Shown here piece after piece: positions 1-8,166 of a stretch of 64,000 nt of DNA; the first letter of the stretch is position 1, and every line of letters starts with the position of its first letter. The DNA is taken from NCBI GenBank assembly GCA_041501225.1, contig JBGQNR010000005.1, positions 3,661 through 67,660 of the forward strand. Reading direction: 5' to 3'. The translations under genes were made by a program, and so were the position numbers. Under the pieces are notes generated by a model. The model was not told the origin of the DNA. It saw only the letters and a list, made by a program, of their open reading frames with translations, and did not search any database. This DNA is from Acidobacteriota bacterium. Lineage in GTDB: Bacteria > Acidobacteriota > UBA6911.

Positions 1-90
1 TCGCAGGAGAAACTGGAGCGATTGGCGGAGCGGGCCGCTGAAGAATATCGCATTGGCAAGACTGAGAAAAAGGGGTTCGACGCGCTTTGA
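1..90 (+). CDS. 3' end of small antitoxin-like protein (partial; paralog of 2389..2607)
   Basis: In-frame translation SQEKLERLAERAAEEYRIGKTEKKGFDAL* matches the C-terminus of the product of 2389..2607 almost residue for residue. It runs off the left edge. Confidence 0.6.
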   Translation, partial: SQEKLERLAERAAEEYRIGKTEKKGFDAL

Positions 91-221
91 TATTCCATCT
101 CACTGCGGATTTCATTTCTTGCTTTCGAAAACTTCCAATCCGAATCCAGCGCCTGGCGCGCTTTCCTGGGGCATCGTGGGCTTCTTCACTTGAGCGCCGT
201 CTGCTATATTGCCCTACATGA
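87..221 (+). pseudogene. RelE/ParE-type toxin remnant
   Basis: A TTG frame overlapping the stop of 1..90 (TTGA) reads LIFHLTADFISCFRKLPIRIQRLA, the N-terminal pattern (TxxFxxxFxKLPxxIQ) of RelE/ParE-family toxins. Similarity is lost where the duplicated DUF433 cassette begins (~159). Confidence 0.3.
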
Positions 222-439
222 AGCTTGACGAACTGAAAGCGATTGTCCACTCCAACCCCGAAATCATGGGAGGCACGCCCGTTTTTGCAGGCACGCGCGT
301 CCCGCTACAGAACCTCATTGATTATTTGGAGGGCGGCGAATCCATCGAAGATTTTCTCGATGCCTTCCCGACAGTCAGACGAGAACAGGTCATCGCCGTG
401 ATCGAAGCCGGCAAACTCACGATGCTTAAAACCGTCTGA
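218..439 (+). CDS. DUF433 domain protein (antitoxin-like), copy 1
   Basis: MKLDELKAIVHSNPEIMGGTPVFAGTRVPLQNLIDYLEGGESIEDFLDAFPTV is the DUF433 signature (GGxPVFxGTRVP...L). It is a near-identical duplicate of 2094..2315. The ATG at 218 is conserved in both copies. Confidence 0.85.
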   Translation: MKLDELKAIVHSNPEIMGGTPVFAGTRVPLQNLIDYLEGGESIEDFLDAFPTVRREQVIAVIEAGKLTMLKTV

Positions 440-442
440 GTT

Positions 443-597
443 ATGCGCATCCTTATTGACGAGTGCCTTAACAAGTACGGATGTCCGAGGAATTGGTGGG
501 ACCGGAGCCAGTGGAGTTTACCCGGACTCAGTCGGTGAATTGCCATCGGCTGCTTCATTCGGAAGACCGCCGCGAGCAATTCCTTGAGGGTAGATAA
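443..597 (+). pseudogene. chimeric toxin remnant: DUF5615 (PIN-like) 5' end joined to a higB-like 3' fragment
   Basis: MRILIDECLN is a typical DUF5615 start placed right after DUF433, but the ORF stops after 31 codons. The downstream frames contain RSQWSL and NCHRLLHSEDRREQFLEGR*, which resemble the HigB C-terminus (GQxSIRINDQYRICFEW..VEIVDYH), directly upstream of higA 611..925. Confidence 0.35.
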
Positions 598-610
598 AAG
601 AGGTTGCAAT

Positions 611-925
611 ATGGTCCGTGTACCGACACATCGAGAGCCAACTCACCCAGGCGAAATGCTGGTCGAGGAGTTCCTCAAGCCCATGGGCCTGACCCAGCGC
701 GAGCTCGCCGATGGGATCCTGGTGCCCTACCAGAGGGTCAACGAGTTGGCGAGAAGACGGCGGGGAATCACGCCGAGCACTGCCCTGCGCCTCGCCAGGT
801 ATTTCGGCATGTCGCCTGACTTCTGGCTGAACCTGCAGCTTCGGTGGGATCTCTATCATGCCCGGGCGAAAGAAACCGAGGAACTGCGCAAGATCAAGCG
901 GGTCAAGTCGAGAAGCGCAGCCTGA
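611..925 (+). CDS. higA: HigA-family antitoxin (XRE-type HTH), no intact partner toxin
   Basis: HPGEMLVEEFLKPMGLTQRELADGILVPYQRVNELARRRRGITPSTALRLARYFGMSPDFWLNLQLRWDL is the canonical HigA/VapI motif set. The ATG at 611 is preferred over the TTG at 584. Confidence 0.85.
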   Translation: MVRVPTHREPTHPGEMLVEEFLKPMGLTQRELADGILVPYQRVNELARRRRGITPSTALRLARYFGMSPDFWLNLQLRWDLYHARAKETEELRKIKRVKSRSAA

Positions 926-954
926 CATTTGATCTTGAGCACCTGGCGCTGACG

Positions 955-1331
955 TTATGTCTCGCCCGCGTTCAGGTCGTCGGGGAGATGAGGCCGCACT
1001 CGTACTCGCCCGGGCTCCACCGTGACGAGCGCGCCTTTCAGGAGATCATCCCCGTAATGTCCGAGGGCCCGTTGGCACATGAGAGCCTGCTTCCGAACGG
1101 GGATGTCGACGAGCCGGACAATACCGGCATGTTTGGGCCCCAAGGCGACGGCAAGCTCGCCGAAATCCTTATCCAGTGTGATCAGCATGCAAGAATCCCG
1201 TCGAGCGCCTCGAGGATCTCCTCGTCGCCTGGATCCGCGGACCGGTCTCCTGCCCATGCCACCTCATGCCCGGCGGCCACGAGCTCGTCCCGCGTGCGTG
1301 GCGAGACGCATGTGTCGAGAAGTATCTTTAT
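955..1331 (-). pseudogene. DUF5615 (PIN-like/Mut7-C-like) toxin gene, frameshifted and lacking a canonical start
   Basis: The N-part frame reads IKILLDTCVSPRTRDELVAAGHEVAWAGDRSADPGDEEILEALDGILAC*. The C-part (track ORF 955..1257) reads SCMLITLDKDFGELAVALGPKHAGIVRL. The two halves of one DUF5615 protein are in different frames, with the shift near 1190-1200. There is no ATG/GTG/TTG at the expected start after the DUF433 stop. Confidence 0.6.
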
Positions 1332-1579
1332 GCTGGTCCATCGACCAGCGCCGGCTCAACACGTTCTTGTCCTACGATCCGTCGCGCACAGACAAGACAG
1401 GCCTGGATATCTTCCTTCTCGAGGAAGGGATAGAACTCGACGATTTCCCCTGGCGTATCACCGGCTGCGAGCATCCCAAGGATATGCTCGACAGCGATGC
1501 GTCTGCCACGAATAATTGGCTTGCCGCCGAAGATGGCGGGATTGATCGTTATGCGATCCAGCAGTTTCTGTTCGTCCAT
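1328..1579 (-). CDS. DUF433 domain protein (antitoxin-like), copy 3
   Basis: MDEQKLLDRITINPAIFGGKPIIRGRRIAVEHILGMLAAGDTPGEIVEFYPFLEKEDIQACL is the DUF433 signature. The internal ATG at 1579 was chosen because the upstream part of the track ORF has no similarity. Confidence 0.8.
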   Translation of the reverse strand: MDEQKLLDRITINPAIFGGKPIIRGRRIAVEHILGMLAAGDTPGEIVEFYPFLEKEDIQACLVCARRIVGQERVEPALVDGPA

Positions 1580-1772
1580 CGAAGGGCTCCTGGCGAATTG
1601 CGCCGAATTCCATATGCTGCAGGATACCGCAAGGCCGATGAAATTGCACCTCGGAGCGCATAATCCGGATGGCGCCTGACGGACGGCGCCCGCGCCTGCG
1701 CACGGTGTGGCAAATGGATCAGGGCCATATTGCGCCGCACCTGATTGCAGGTTATCCTTTGGGGACAGAGAT

Positions 1773-2003
1773 ATGATTAAAGAACACGATTGCGTGATCT
1801 TAACCCAGGATCTTGCGGACGAGGGCCTGGTGGCCGGCGACATTGGAACCGTCGTCCACATTCATCAGTCGGGCGCTGGCTATGAAGTAGAGTTCATGAC
1901 CCTGGCCGGAGAAACCCTCGCAGTGACAAACTTGCTGCCATCGCAGCTTCGCCCAATTGCCTGCCGTGATATAGTCCACGTCCGCGAGCTGACCCCAGCC
2001 TGA
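1773..2003 (+). CDS. DUF4926 domain protein
   Basis: MIKEHDCVILTQDLADEGLVAGDIGTVVHIHQSGAGYEVEFMTLAGETLAVTNLLPSQLRPI matches the DUF4926 pattern (DxVxLxxDLxxxGLxxGDxGTVVH....YEVEF.TL.GET.AV.TL). Confidence 0.7.
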   Translation: MIKEHDCVILTQDLADEGLVAGDIGTVVHIHQSGAGYEVEFMTLAGETLAVTNLLPSQLRPIACRDIVHVRELTPA

Positions 2004-2093
2004 AGAAATAGGAGACAGAAACACTCGACGCCATCTGTCGCTTTCGGGGGCATCATCGGCTTCTTAAACCGAGCGCCGTCTGCTATGCGGCAC

Positions 2094-2315
2094 ATGAAGC
2101 TTGACGAACTGAAAGGGATTGTCCATTCCGACCCCGAAATCATGGGGGGCACGCCCGTTTTTGTGGGCACACGCGTCCCGCTGCAGAACCTCATTGATTA
2201 TTTGGAGGGCGGCGAATCCATCGAAGATTTTCTCGATGCCTTCCCGACAGTCAAACGCGAGCAAGTCATCGCCGTGATCGAAGCCGGCAAACTCACGATG
2301 CTTAAAACCGTCTGA
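2094..2315 (+). CDS. DUF433 domain protein (antitoxin-like), copy 2
   Basis: Near-identical duplicate of 218..439. It is followed by MRILEAR*, a 7-codon stub of the DUF5615 partner. Confidence 0.85.
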   Translation: MKLDELKGIVHSDPEIMGGTPVFVGTRVPLQNLIDYLEGGESIEDFLDAFPTVKREQVIAVIEAGKLTMLKTV

Positions 2316-2388
2316 GTTATGCGCATCCTTGAAGCACGTTGACGGCACTTGCCGGTGCCAGTACGCTTTCCGCAGTGAGGTGTGGGCC

Positions 2389-2607
2389 ATGACAAAGTTA
2401 CTGGCGCGGGCATTCGAGAAGGCGGCCGAGCTTCATGAGGATTTGCAGGATCAGCTTGCCAGAGAATTGCTTGAGGAAATCGAGTGGGAATCTCGCTGGG
2501 ATGCCACTCTGGCAGGTTCACAGGAAAAACTGGAGCGGTTGGCGGAGCGTGCCGTTGAGGAATATCGCATGGGCAAGACTGAGAAAAAGGGGTTCGACGA
2601 GCTTTGA
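2389..2607 (+). CDS. small antitoxin-like protein (partner of RelE/ParE-type toxins)
   Basis: MTKLLARAFEKAAELHEDLQDQLARELLEEIEWESRWDATLAGSQEKLERLAERAVEEYRMGKTEKKGFDEL is a helical acidic protein of the type found upstream of RelE/ParE toxins. Only a 6-codon toxin stub (LISHLT) follows it. Confidence 0.6.
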   Translation: MTKLLARAFEKAAELHEDLQDQLARELLEEIEWESRWDATLAGSQEKLERLAERAVEEYRMGKTEKKGFDEL

Positions 2608-2632
2608 TATCCCATCTCACTAAGGAGTCCGC

Positions 2633-2827
2633 ATGCTAACCAAAACCAGGACGGACGTTCGAATTCCACGTGCTGAGTGGAACCGTCTCAAGAAGAATCC
2701 CTCCTTCAGGGATCTGGTCGAACTCCTTGAAGATCGGGACGACCTGCAGTCCGCCAAAAAGGTTCGTGGGAAGAGTTTGACTTTGACCCAGTACCTGGAA
2801 AAACGTGGCATACGAGATCGTCGTTAA
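2633..2827 (+). CDS. putative antitoxin overlapping a RelE/ParE remnant
   Basis: 64-aa ORF (MLTKTRTDVRIPRAEWNRLKKNPSFRDLVELLEDRDDLQSAKK...) whose 3' end overlaps the GTG start of a RelE/ParE-like frame. This is typical TA operon geometry. The family is not recognised. Confidence 0.5.
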   Translation: MLTKTRTDVRIPRAEWNRLKKNPSFRDLVELLEDRDDLQSAKKVRGKSLTLTQYLEKRGIRDRR

Positions 2828-2901
2828 ACCATCTGCTCAACGAGACCTCGATTCACTTCCGGAACGGGAAGTAGCGAGGATAGCTCTCCGTCTTGCATGG
2901 A
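2805..2901 (+). pseudogene. RelE/ParE-family toxin, N-terminal remnant only
   Basis: MAYEIVVKPSAQRDLDSLPEREVARIALRL is the standard RelE/ParE N-terminus. Similarity ends where the convergent higA (2902..3210) begins, and the rest of the track ORF is antisense to higA. Confidence 0.5.
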
Positions 2902-3210
2902 CTAGGCAGCCGTGCGGGGCAAGACCTCGCGCTCGATCCGCTCCTTCAGGGAATCCTCAGCCATTTCGAGGTCATACCGTGCTTGGAGATTAATCCACAT
3001 TTGCGCGGAGGTTCCAAAGTACCTTGCCAGCCGCAACGCGGTATCCGCAGTGATGCCCCGCTGGCCTTTGATAATGGCTCCAATGCGGTTCGCGGGCACC
3101 CGCAGCGACAGGGCCAAGGCGTTCACGGTCAGTCCAGCCTCAGTCAGAATTTCGTGTAACACCTGCCCCGGATGAATCGGCGCCAGCCGCTTGGTTTTCC
3201 TGCCCGCCAT
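2902..3210 (-). CDS. higA: HigA-family antitoxin
   Basis: IHPGQVLHEILTEAGLTVNALALSLRVPANRIGAIIKGQRGITADTALRLARYFGTSAQMWINLQARYDL. The ATG at 3210 lies 10 nt after the higB stop. Confidence 0.85.
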   Translation of the reverse strand: MAGRKTKRLAPIHPGQVLHEILTEAGLTVNALALSLRVPANRIGAIIKGQRGITADTALRLARYFGTSAQMWINLQARYDLEMAEDSLKERIEREVLPRTAA

Positions 3211-3220
3211 AATTTTTCTC

Positions 3221-3496
3221 CTAATGGTAGTCGACGATTTCGACGCTGTAGGCATCTCCGTCGCGCCACTCAAAACAGATGCGGTATTGATCGTTGATCC
3301 GAATGCTGCACTGTCCTTTCCGGCCACCCGCAAGCGCTTCGAGCCGTAAACCAGGCACTCTCAAGTCCTGCAGCGACGTAGCCGCATCGAGCAGCGCCAG
3401 ACGAATTCTTGCGGACTGTCCGATCGCGTGAAATTTCTTACTGAACCGGCGCTCCAGCAGCTTCCTCGTCTCCTTGTCCCTGCAAGACCGAATCAT
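3221..3496 (-). CDS. higB: HigB-family toxin (RelE fold), the only apparently intact toxin in the island
   Basis: MIRSCRDKETRKLLERRFSKKFHAIGQSARIRLALLDAATSLQDLRVPGLRLEALAGGRKGQCSIRINDQYRICFEWRDGDAYSVEIVDYH is a full-length match to the HigB (killer protein) pattern. Confidence 0.85.
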   Translation of the reverse strand: MIRSCRDKETRKLLERRFSKKFHAIGQSARIRLALLDAATSLQDLRVPGLRLEALAGGRKGQCSIRINDQYRICFEWRDGDAYSVEIVDYH

Positions 3497-3509
3497 ACGA
3501 TAACTGTAT

Positions 3510-3522
3510 TACGTTCAACGTA
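3510..3522. promoter_or_regulatory. candidate HigA operator palindrome
   Basis: Perfect 6-1-6 palindrome TACGTT-C-AACGTA lying 14-26 nt upstream of the higB ATG. Confidence 0.3.
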
Positions 3523-3885
3523 CAATAGCAACAAGGAAATACCCGGTCCGGGCCGGGTCAGCCTGGTGAATCGGCTGGAGGGATGTACCCGTGGAAGTGT
3601 ATGAATTTCTACAAAATGCTCTCGATCTCGGGCTGTCATCCATCAGCCCTCACGCTGAAGGGAACGCATCGGTCATCGATAGGATGTAGTCGGTTACCAG
3701 CCGGAAGGGCGAAAGAGCCTTCCTGAACGCGCTGTTGCCGCTAGGGCAGCCCCGCTAGAGGATTTACTACGCGCACAGCGCCGTAAGGAAATCATGAGCA
3801 GTCGACAAACCACAACGTATGACCGCAAACAGCAGGAAGGTTACCCGCTAAAATTAAAGGCCGTATTCTCTCGCCAGCCCGGTTC

Positions 3886-4035
3886 GTATCACTTACGTAC
3901 AAGTCCTTGCTATTTAGCCAAGAAAAGCAACAGCTCAACGCAGAGGGCGCGGAGGTCGCAGAGAAAGGTCATTCGCAAAAAGTTCTCTGCGAGCTTTGTG
4001 CCCTCTACGTTGAGGCTTTTCATCGCGGTTATGCC
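3886..4035 (-). mobile_element. MITE-like repeat family A, copy C (inverted relative to copies at 12744 and 16293)
   Basis: The reverse complement aligns along its length with 12744..12888, sharing blocks agaaaagcaa, caacgcagagggcgc.gag.tcgcagaga and ttctctgcga...ctacgttgag. It abuts the 5' break of the tldD fragment. Confidence 0.6.
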
Positions 4036-4049
4036 GACCCCTGTTCTTC

Positions 4050-4585
4050 GTGGCTGCTTTGGATGCACAACCAATTTTGATGACGAAGGCACCCCGATGA
4101 AAAGAAACGTGCTCATCGAAAAGGGCGTGCTCAAGTTGTTCATGACCGACATCCTGTCAGCCAGGCAGCTGAAGATGAAGCGCACCGGAAACGGCCGGCG
4201 CGAAAGCTTCCGTTTCCCGCCCATTCCGCGCATGACCAACACCTTCATCGATAAGGGAACCGACAAGCCGGAGGACATCCTCGCATCGACCAAAAAAGGC
4301 ATCTACGTGCAGAGCCTGAGCGGCGGGAGCGTCAATCCGACTACCGGCATGTTCAACTTCACCTGCCGTGAATCGTACCTGATCGAGGACGGGAAGAAGA
4401 CTAAGCCCGTCAAGGGAGCAACCCTGATCGGCAGCTGCATGGACATCATCTCGAACATCGACGCCGTGGGCAATGACCTGGATTATGGCCAAGCCATCTG
4501 CGGCAAGGGACAGAACGCCGAGGTGAACGCAGGCCAGCCGACGGTGCGCATTCGCGGCATCACCGCGGGCGGAACCCGGGCATGA
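4050..4585 (+). pseudogene. tldD: tldD, C-terminal ~175 codons only
   Basis: FDDEGTPMKRNVLIEKGVL...TGNGRRESFRFPPIPRMTNTFIDKGT...GIYVQSLSGGSVNPTTGMFNF...ICGKGQNAEVNAGQPTVRIRGITAGG is the TldD C-terminal region. The N-terminal two-thirds is missing, and the upstream part of the track ORF (3794..) runs through repeat family A. Confidence 0.7.
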
Positions 4586-4616
4586 GCGCCAGGCAATCGA
4601 GAGGGAGGAAATAATC

Positions 4617-5950
4617 ATGGACTACAAGGCATTATCCGAACAGCTGGTTCAAACCTGTTTAAAAAAAGGAGCCGACAGCGCCAAGGTTTTCGTCCAGACG
4701 GGGCGCCGCCTGAGCATAGAGGTGCGCAAGGGCGAGATCGAGACTGTGGAGGAAGCCTCCTCGCAGGGGATCGGCTTCCGGATTTTCACCCGGGGTAAAA
4801 TGGCCTTCGCAAGCTGCAACGATTCCTCAGAATCAGCCACCGCCAGCGCCATCGACAGTGCGGTCCGCTTTTGCCAGCAAACGACCCCCGATCCGAACAA
4901 CGTGCTCCCCGACGACAAAGGGATCACTGCGGTGGAGGGCCTCTACGACTCCAGGATCGCCCAGATCTCGATGGACAGGAAGATCGAGCTGGCCAAGACC
5001 GTCGAGAAGCTGGCCATGAAGGATAGCCGGATCACCAAGAGCGCAGGGTCCGGATATTCGGAATCGGAGGGCGAGATCTTCATCGCCAATTCCAACGGTT
5101 TGTCGAAGACCTATCAAGCATCGGCCTGCTCCCTTGGAGTTTCCGTGGTTGCAGAGAAGGAGACCAGAAATCTTCAGGGGATGAGTCCTGTTCGCGACGC
5201 TTCTTCGCCGACCGCAAAACACCCGAGGAAATCGCCGCCAAGGCGGCCCGCAAAGCTTACGAGCTGCTCGATCCGCGCATGGTTAAGAACCAAAGGGCAG
5301 CGGTAATCTTCGATCCTGATGTTGCCGGCTCCCTGCTGGGCGGCATCCTGGCAGCCGTGAGCGGGGAGCGTGTGCTCCAGGAAGCCAGTTTCCTCGGCAC
5401 CAGAATAAACAAGAACATCGCTTCGGCGCTGCTAACGATCATCGATGACGGCACGCGTGCCAAGGGCCTGGCGAGCCGGCCATTCGACGGCGAAGGGTGT
5501 CCGACCCAGAAGCGCACGATTATCGGCCAGGGCGTGTTGAAAGGGTTCATGTACAAAACGATCATTGCACGCAGAGCCGGGGTGAAAAGCACAGGCAACG
5601 CTTCACGAGGGGGCTTCACCAGCGTGCCGGGAATCGGGCCCAACAACTTTTACATGGCCGCGGGCAACTCCACACGCGCAGAAATAATCGCTGTCACGCA
5701 AAAGGGCCTGCTGCTGACCGAGGTCACCGGATACGGCATCAATCCGGTTAATGGAGATTTCAGCGGCGGCGCTTCCGGCTTCTGGATCGAAGCCGGAAAG
5801 ATCGCTTTCCCCGTCAAAGGGCTTACCATCGCCGGCCGAGCCGACGAGATGCTCAACGGCATCGACATGGTCGCCAACGACCTGGACATGAATCGCGGAA
5901 CAACAGCTCCGACATTCCGCATTCGCGAACTGCAGATTGGTGGGGAATAG
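4617..5950 (+). pseudogene. pmbA: pmbA (TldE) interrupted by a frameshift near 5150-5175
   Basis: Track ORFs 4617..5306 and 5279..5950 are the N and C halves of one PmbA/TldE protein. The second frame is open from about 5150 and reads ...GDQKSSGDESCSRRFFADRKTPEEIAAKAARKAYELLDPRMVKNQRAAVIFDP. It could instead be a sequencing error. Confidence 0.65.
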
Positions 5951-6056
5951 AAACAGAATAAAGAATATAGAATACAGAATTCAGAAGTTGGCTCACGGTG
6001 GAGAACCCGGATGCCGACTGTTACTCTGAATCCTGAATTCTGTATTCTGAGTTGTG
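5951..6056. repeat. word-built inverted repeat (GAATACAGAATTCAGAA words), probable bidirectional terminator
   Basis: Left arm 5951..5988 (aaacagaataaagaatatagaatacagaattcagaagt) pairs with right arm 6017..6056 (..ctgaatcctgaattctgtattctgag..). The core ctgaattctgtattct is a perfect 16-nt complement. It lies between convergent genes. Confidence 0.6.
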
Positions 6057-6064
6057 TCTTCCTC

Positions 6065-6487
6065 CTACTTGTGCATGTGCAGATGGGCCGAGATGATATC
6101 CCGTGCTGCCGGGCGGATTTCCTCCCAATGGGCTTTGGGCGATTTTTGAAGCACCACCATCGCTTTATCAATAGTCACTTCAATCACTCCGGGGATATCG
6201 AATAGTCCCTTGGCCAAGCCGTCGTCGGTAGCCGGGATGTCCTGCCGGTTGTGATATTTGTGCATTGATTCGGTCAGCTCGGTTTGCAGATAGAAATAAC
6301 AGGAGTTGGCTGTGGAAGATACTACCTCATTCAAAATGCCGTTCGAATTGACTTCCTTGGGAGGCACCTTGTCCTTGTCCCGAAATGTCACAAAGACAAA
6401 TGCACCCAGTCCTCCCAGTCCCAGGATGAAGCACAAAAAAAGGATCAGATTCTGTGCCTCATACCCTTGTAACGTTCCTTTGGCCAT
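6065..6487 (-). CDS. membrane-anchored protein with Nfu/NifU-N-like C-terminal domain
   Basis: N-terminal TM (NLILFLCFILGLGGLGAFVFVTF). The C-terminus LFDIPGVIEVTIDKAMVVLQKSPKAHWEEIRPAARDIISAHL resembles the Nfu_N scaffold domain (GV..V....dfitV.K....W..i). Confidence 0.45.
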   Translation of the reverse strand: MAKGTLQGYEAQNLILFLCFILGLGGLGAFVFVTFRDKDKVPPKEVNSNGILNEVVSSTANSCYFYLQTELTESMHKYHNRQDIPATDDGLAKGLFDIPGVIEVTIDKAMVVLQKSPKAHWEEIRPAARDIISAHLHMHK

Positions 6488-6862
6488 CCTCCTCCTTCAT
6501 TGAAAACCGACGCACGACAATAAGTGCTTAAAAATAGGGGACTTCAGCTCACCATTCAAGAGCCAAACGGATGCGATCCCCGCACCCCCGTTACTAACAC
6601 GCTCATCGCGTACCCTTATTTCACATTGAAATTCGCTAACATCTTCTCGCAGATGGGAAGCGGGTTCAAGATATGTGTGCTGTGCAGCCGTCAAACGGCA
6701 CTAATTTGTTGGGTGCGAAGCAAGGGATTAGCTTGGGAGGGCCAGGTTGGGATCGGGGCCATGCCGGGGCCTATGAATGCTTTGTCCTGCATTATCCTAT
6801 CGTAGTAGAATTCGAGTCAGAGGGTCACTACCCACATTGGTCCCCAAGGGAGAGGTGGAAAT

Positions 6863-7522
6863 ATGCCTGCGGAATCATCGGCTAAACGCAAGGAGCGTGT
6901 CCTCAAGATCCTAACCATCCTCAGGCAAACATATCCCGAGGCGCGTATAGCCCTGAACTTCAGTAACCCGCTGGAACTGCTCGTGGCAACGATTCTCTCG
7001 GCCCAGTGCACAGACAAACGCGTGAATATGGTGACCGAGTATCTGTTCAAGAAATACCGGACGGCGGCCGACTACGCTGCCGCCGACCCCAAGGTATTCG
7101 AAGAGGAAATCCGCTCGACAGGGTTTTATCATAACAAGACCAAGTCGGTGCTCGCGGCGGCGACAAGGATCGCGACAGAATTCGGGGGAAAGGTGCCCGA
7201 CAACATGGCAGACCTGCTCACGCTGCCGGGCGTGGCCCGCAAAACCGCCAATGTGGTGCTCGGCGGCGCCTTCGGCAAGAATGAAGGGATCGTTGTAGAC
7301 ACGCACGTAATCCGGCTGTCTCAGCGCCTCAAGCTCAGCCGGCACAAAGACAACGCCGGCGATAAAATCGAAAACGATCTCCTGGATTTGGTGCCGCGGA
7401 AGGACTGGACCGATTTCGGCAACATGCTCATCTTGCACGGCCGCACGATCTGCGAAGCGCGCCGCCCAAAATGCCCGGCCTGCCCTATTAACAACCTCTG
7501 CCCTTCGAGACAAAATCGGTGA
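6863..7522 (+). CDS. nth: endonuclease III
   Basis: PLELLVATILSAQCTDKRVN, the HhH motif LLTLPGVARKTANVVL, VDTHVIRLSQRL, and the C-terminal 4Fe-4S cluster CEARRPKCPACPINNLC. Confidence 0.9.
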   Translation: MPAESSAKRKERVLKILTILRQTYPEARIALNFSNPLELLVATILSAQCTDKRVNMVTEYLFKKYRTAADYAAADPKVFEEEIRSTGFYHNKTKSVLAAATRIATEFGGKVPDNMADLLTLPGVARKTANVVLGGAFGKNEGIVVDTHVIRLSQRLKLSRHKDNAGDKIENDLLDLVPRKDWTDFGNMLILHGRTICEARRPKCPACPINNLCPSRQNR

Positions 7523-7607
7523 CAGGCTACCATTTCCCCAATTCCATCGCGAAGTGTCTCTTGCGATTGCAGCCTGGAAATTGGTGAAATGGTAGCCTGT
7601 CACCGAT
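7515..7607. terminator. long perfect hairpin, bidirectional terminator between nth and the DinB-like gene
   Basis: atcggtgacaggctaccatttc (7515..7536) is the perfect complement of gaaatggtagcctgtcaccgat (7586..7607). A run of six T (7607..7612) follows the right arm. Confidence 0.7.
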
Positions 7608-7610
7608 TTT

Positions 7611-8114
7611 TTAAAAGTTTCCTTCGTCGGCGGAGGGGCCGTAGATCGAGGGGACGGGGACATCTTTGAGCCGGAGATACACGCTCAGCTGGCCTCGGTG
7701 GTGGATCAGGTGATTGAGCAGGAATGAGCGCAGTACACCCACCTTTGGAATGCTCAACAGCACCTGTTCCCCCTTTTTGAGAGCCCAGGATTCCATCATT
7801 TCCGCGTCGGATTTCGAGTCTATGGCCGCTCTCGCCTTGGCGATGCTCTGATCAAAAGCCGCGAGCAGCTCACCGGTTGTCGCATAACTGGGCCGCACAT
7901 GTTCCGGATTGGCAGCCATATCCACGAATGGAGCGTTGACGATACTTCCCACCCAGCCGGGGATCTCGATGATGTGCGCAGCCAAGTCCCCCATCGTCAT
8001 TGACTTGGCGTGCGGCTTCCACTGGGCGTCCGCCAGCGGCACGCGTTCGAGCATTTTTCGGGTTGTCGCCATTTCATGATCGTACTCAGCAAGCAAAAAA
8101 TCCTTGATTGCCAT
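7611..8114 (-). CDS. DinB-family (DinB_2-like) protein
   Basis: MAIKDFLLAEYDHEMATTRKMLERVP...MGDLAAHI...LNHLIHHRGQLSVYLRLKDVPVPSIYGPSADE shows the conserved His triad spacing of DinB/YfiT-like four-helix bundles. Confidence 0.75.
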   Translation of the reverse strand: MAIKDFLLAEYDHEMATTRKMLERVPLADAQWKPHAKSMTMGDLAAHIIEIPGWVGSIVNAPFVDMAANPEHVRPSYATTGELLAAFDQSIAKARAAIDSKSDAEMMESWALKKGEQVLLSIPKVGVLRSFLLNHLIHHRGQLSVYLRLKDVPVPSIYGPSADEGNF

Positions 8115-8166
8115 ATTCGTTCCTCCGGTTGACTATTGGATATCCGGTTCTGAACCCGGGTCTCGG

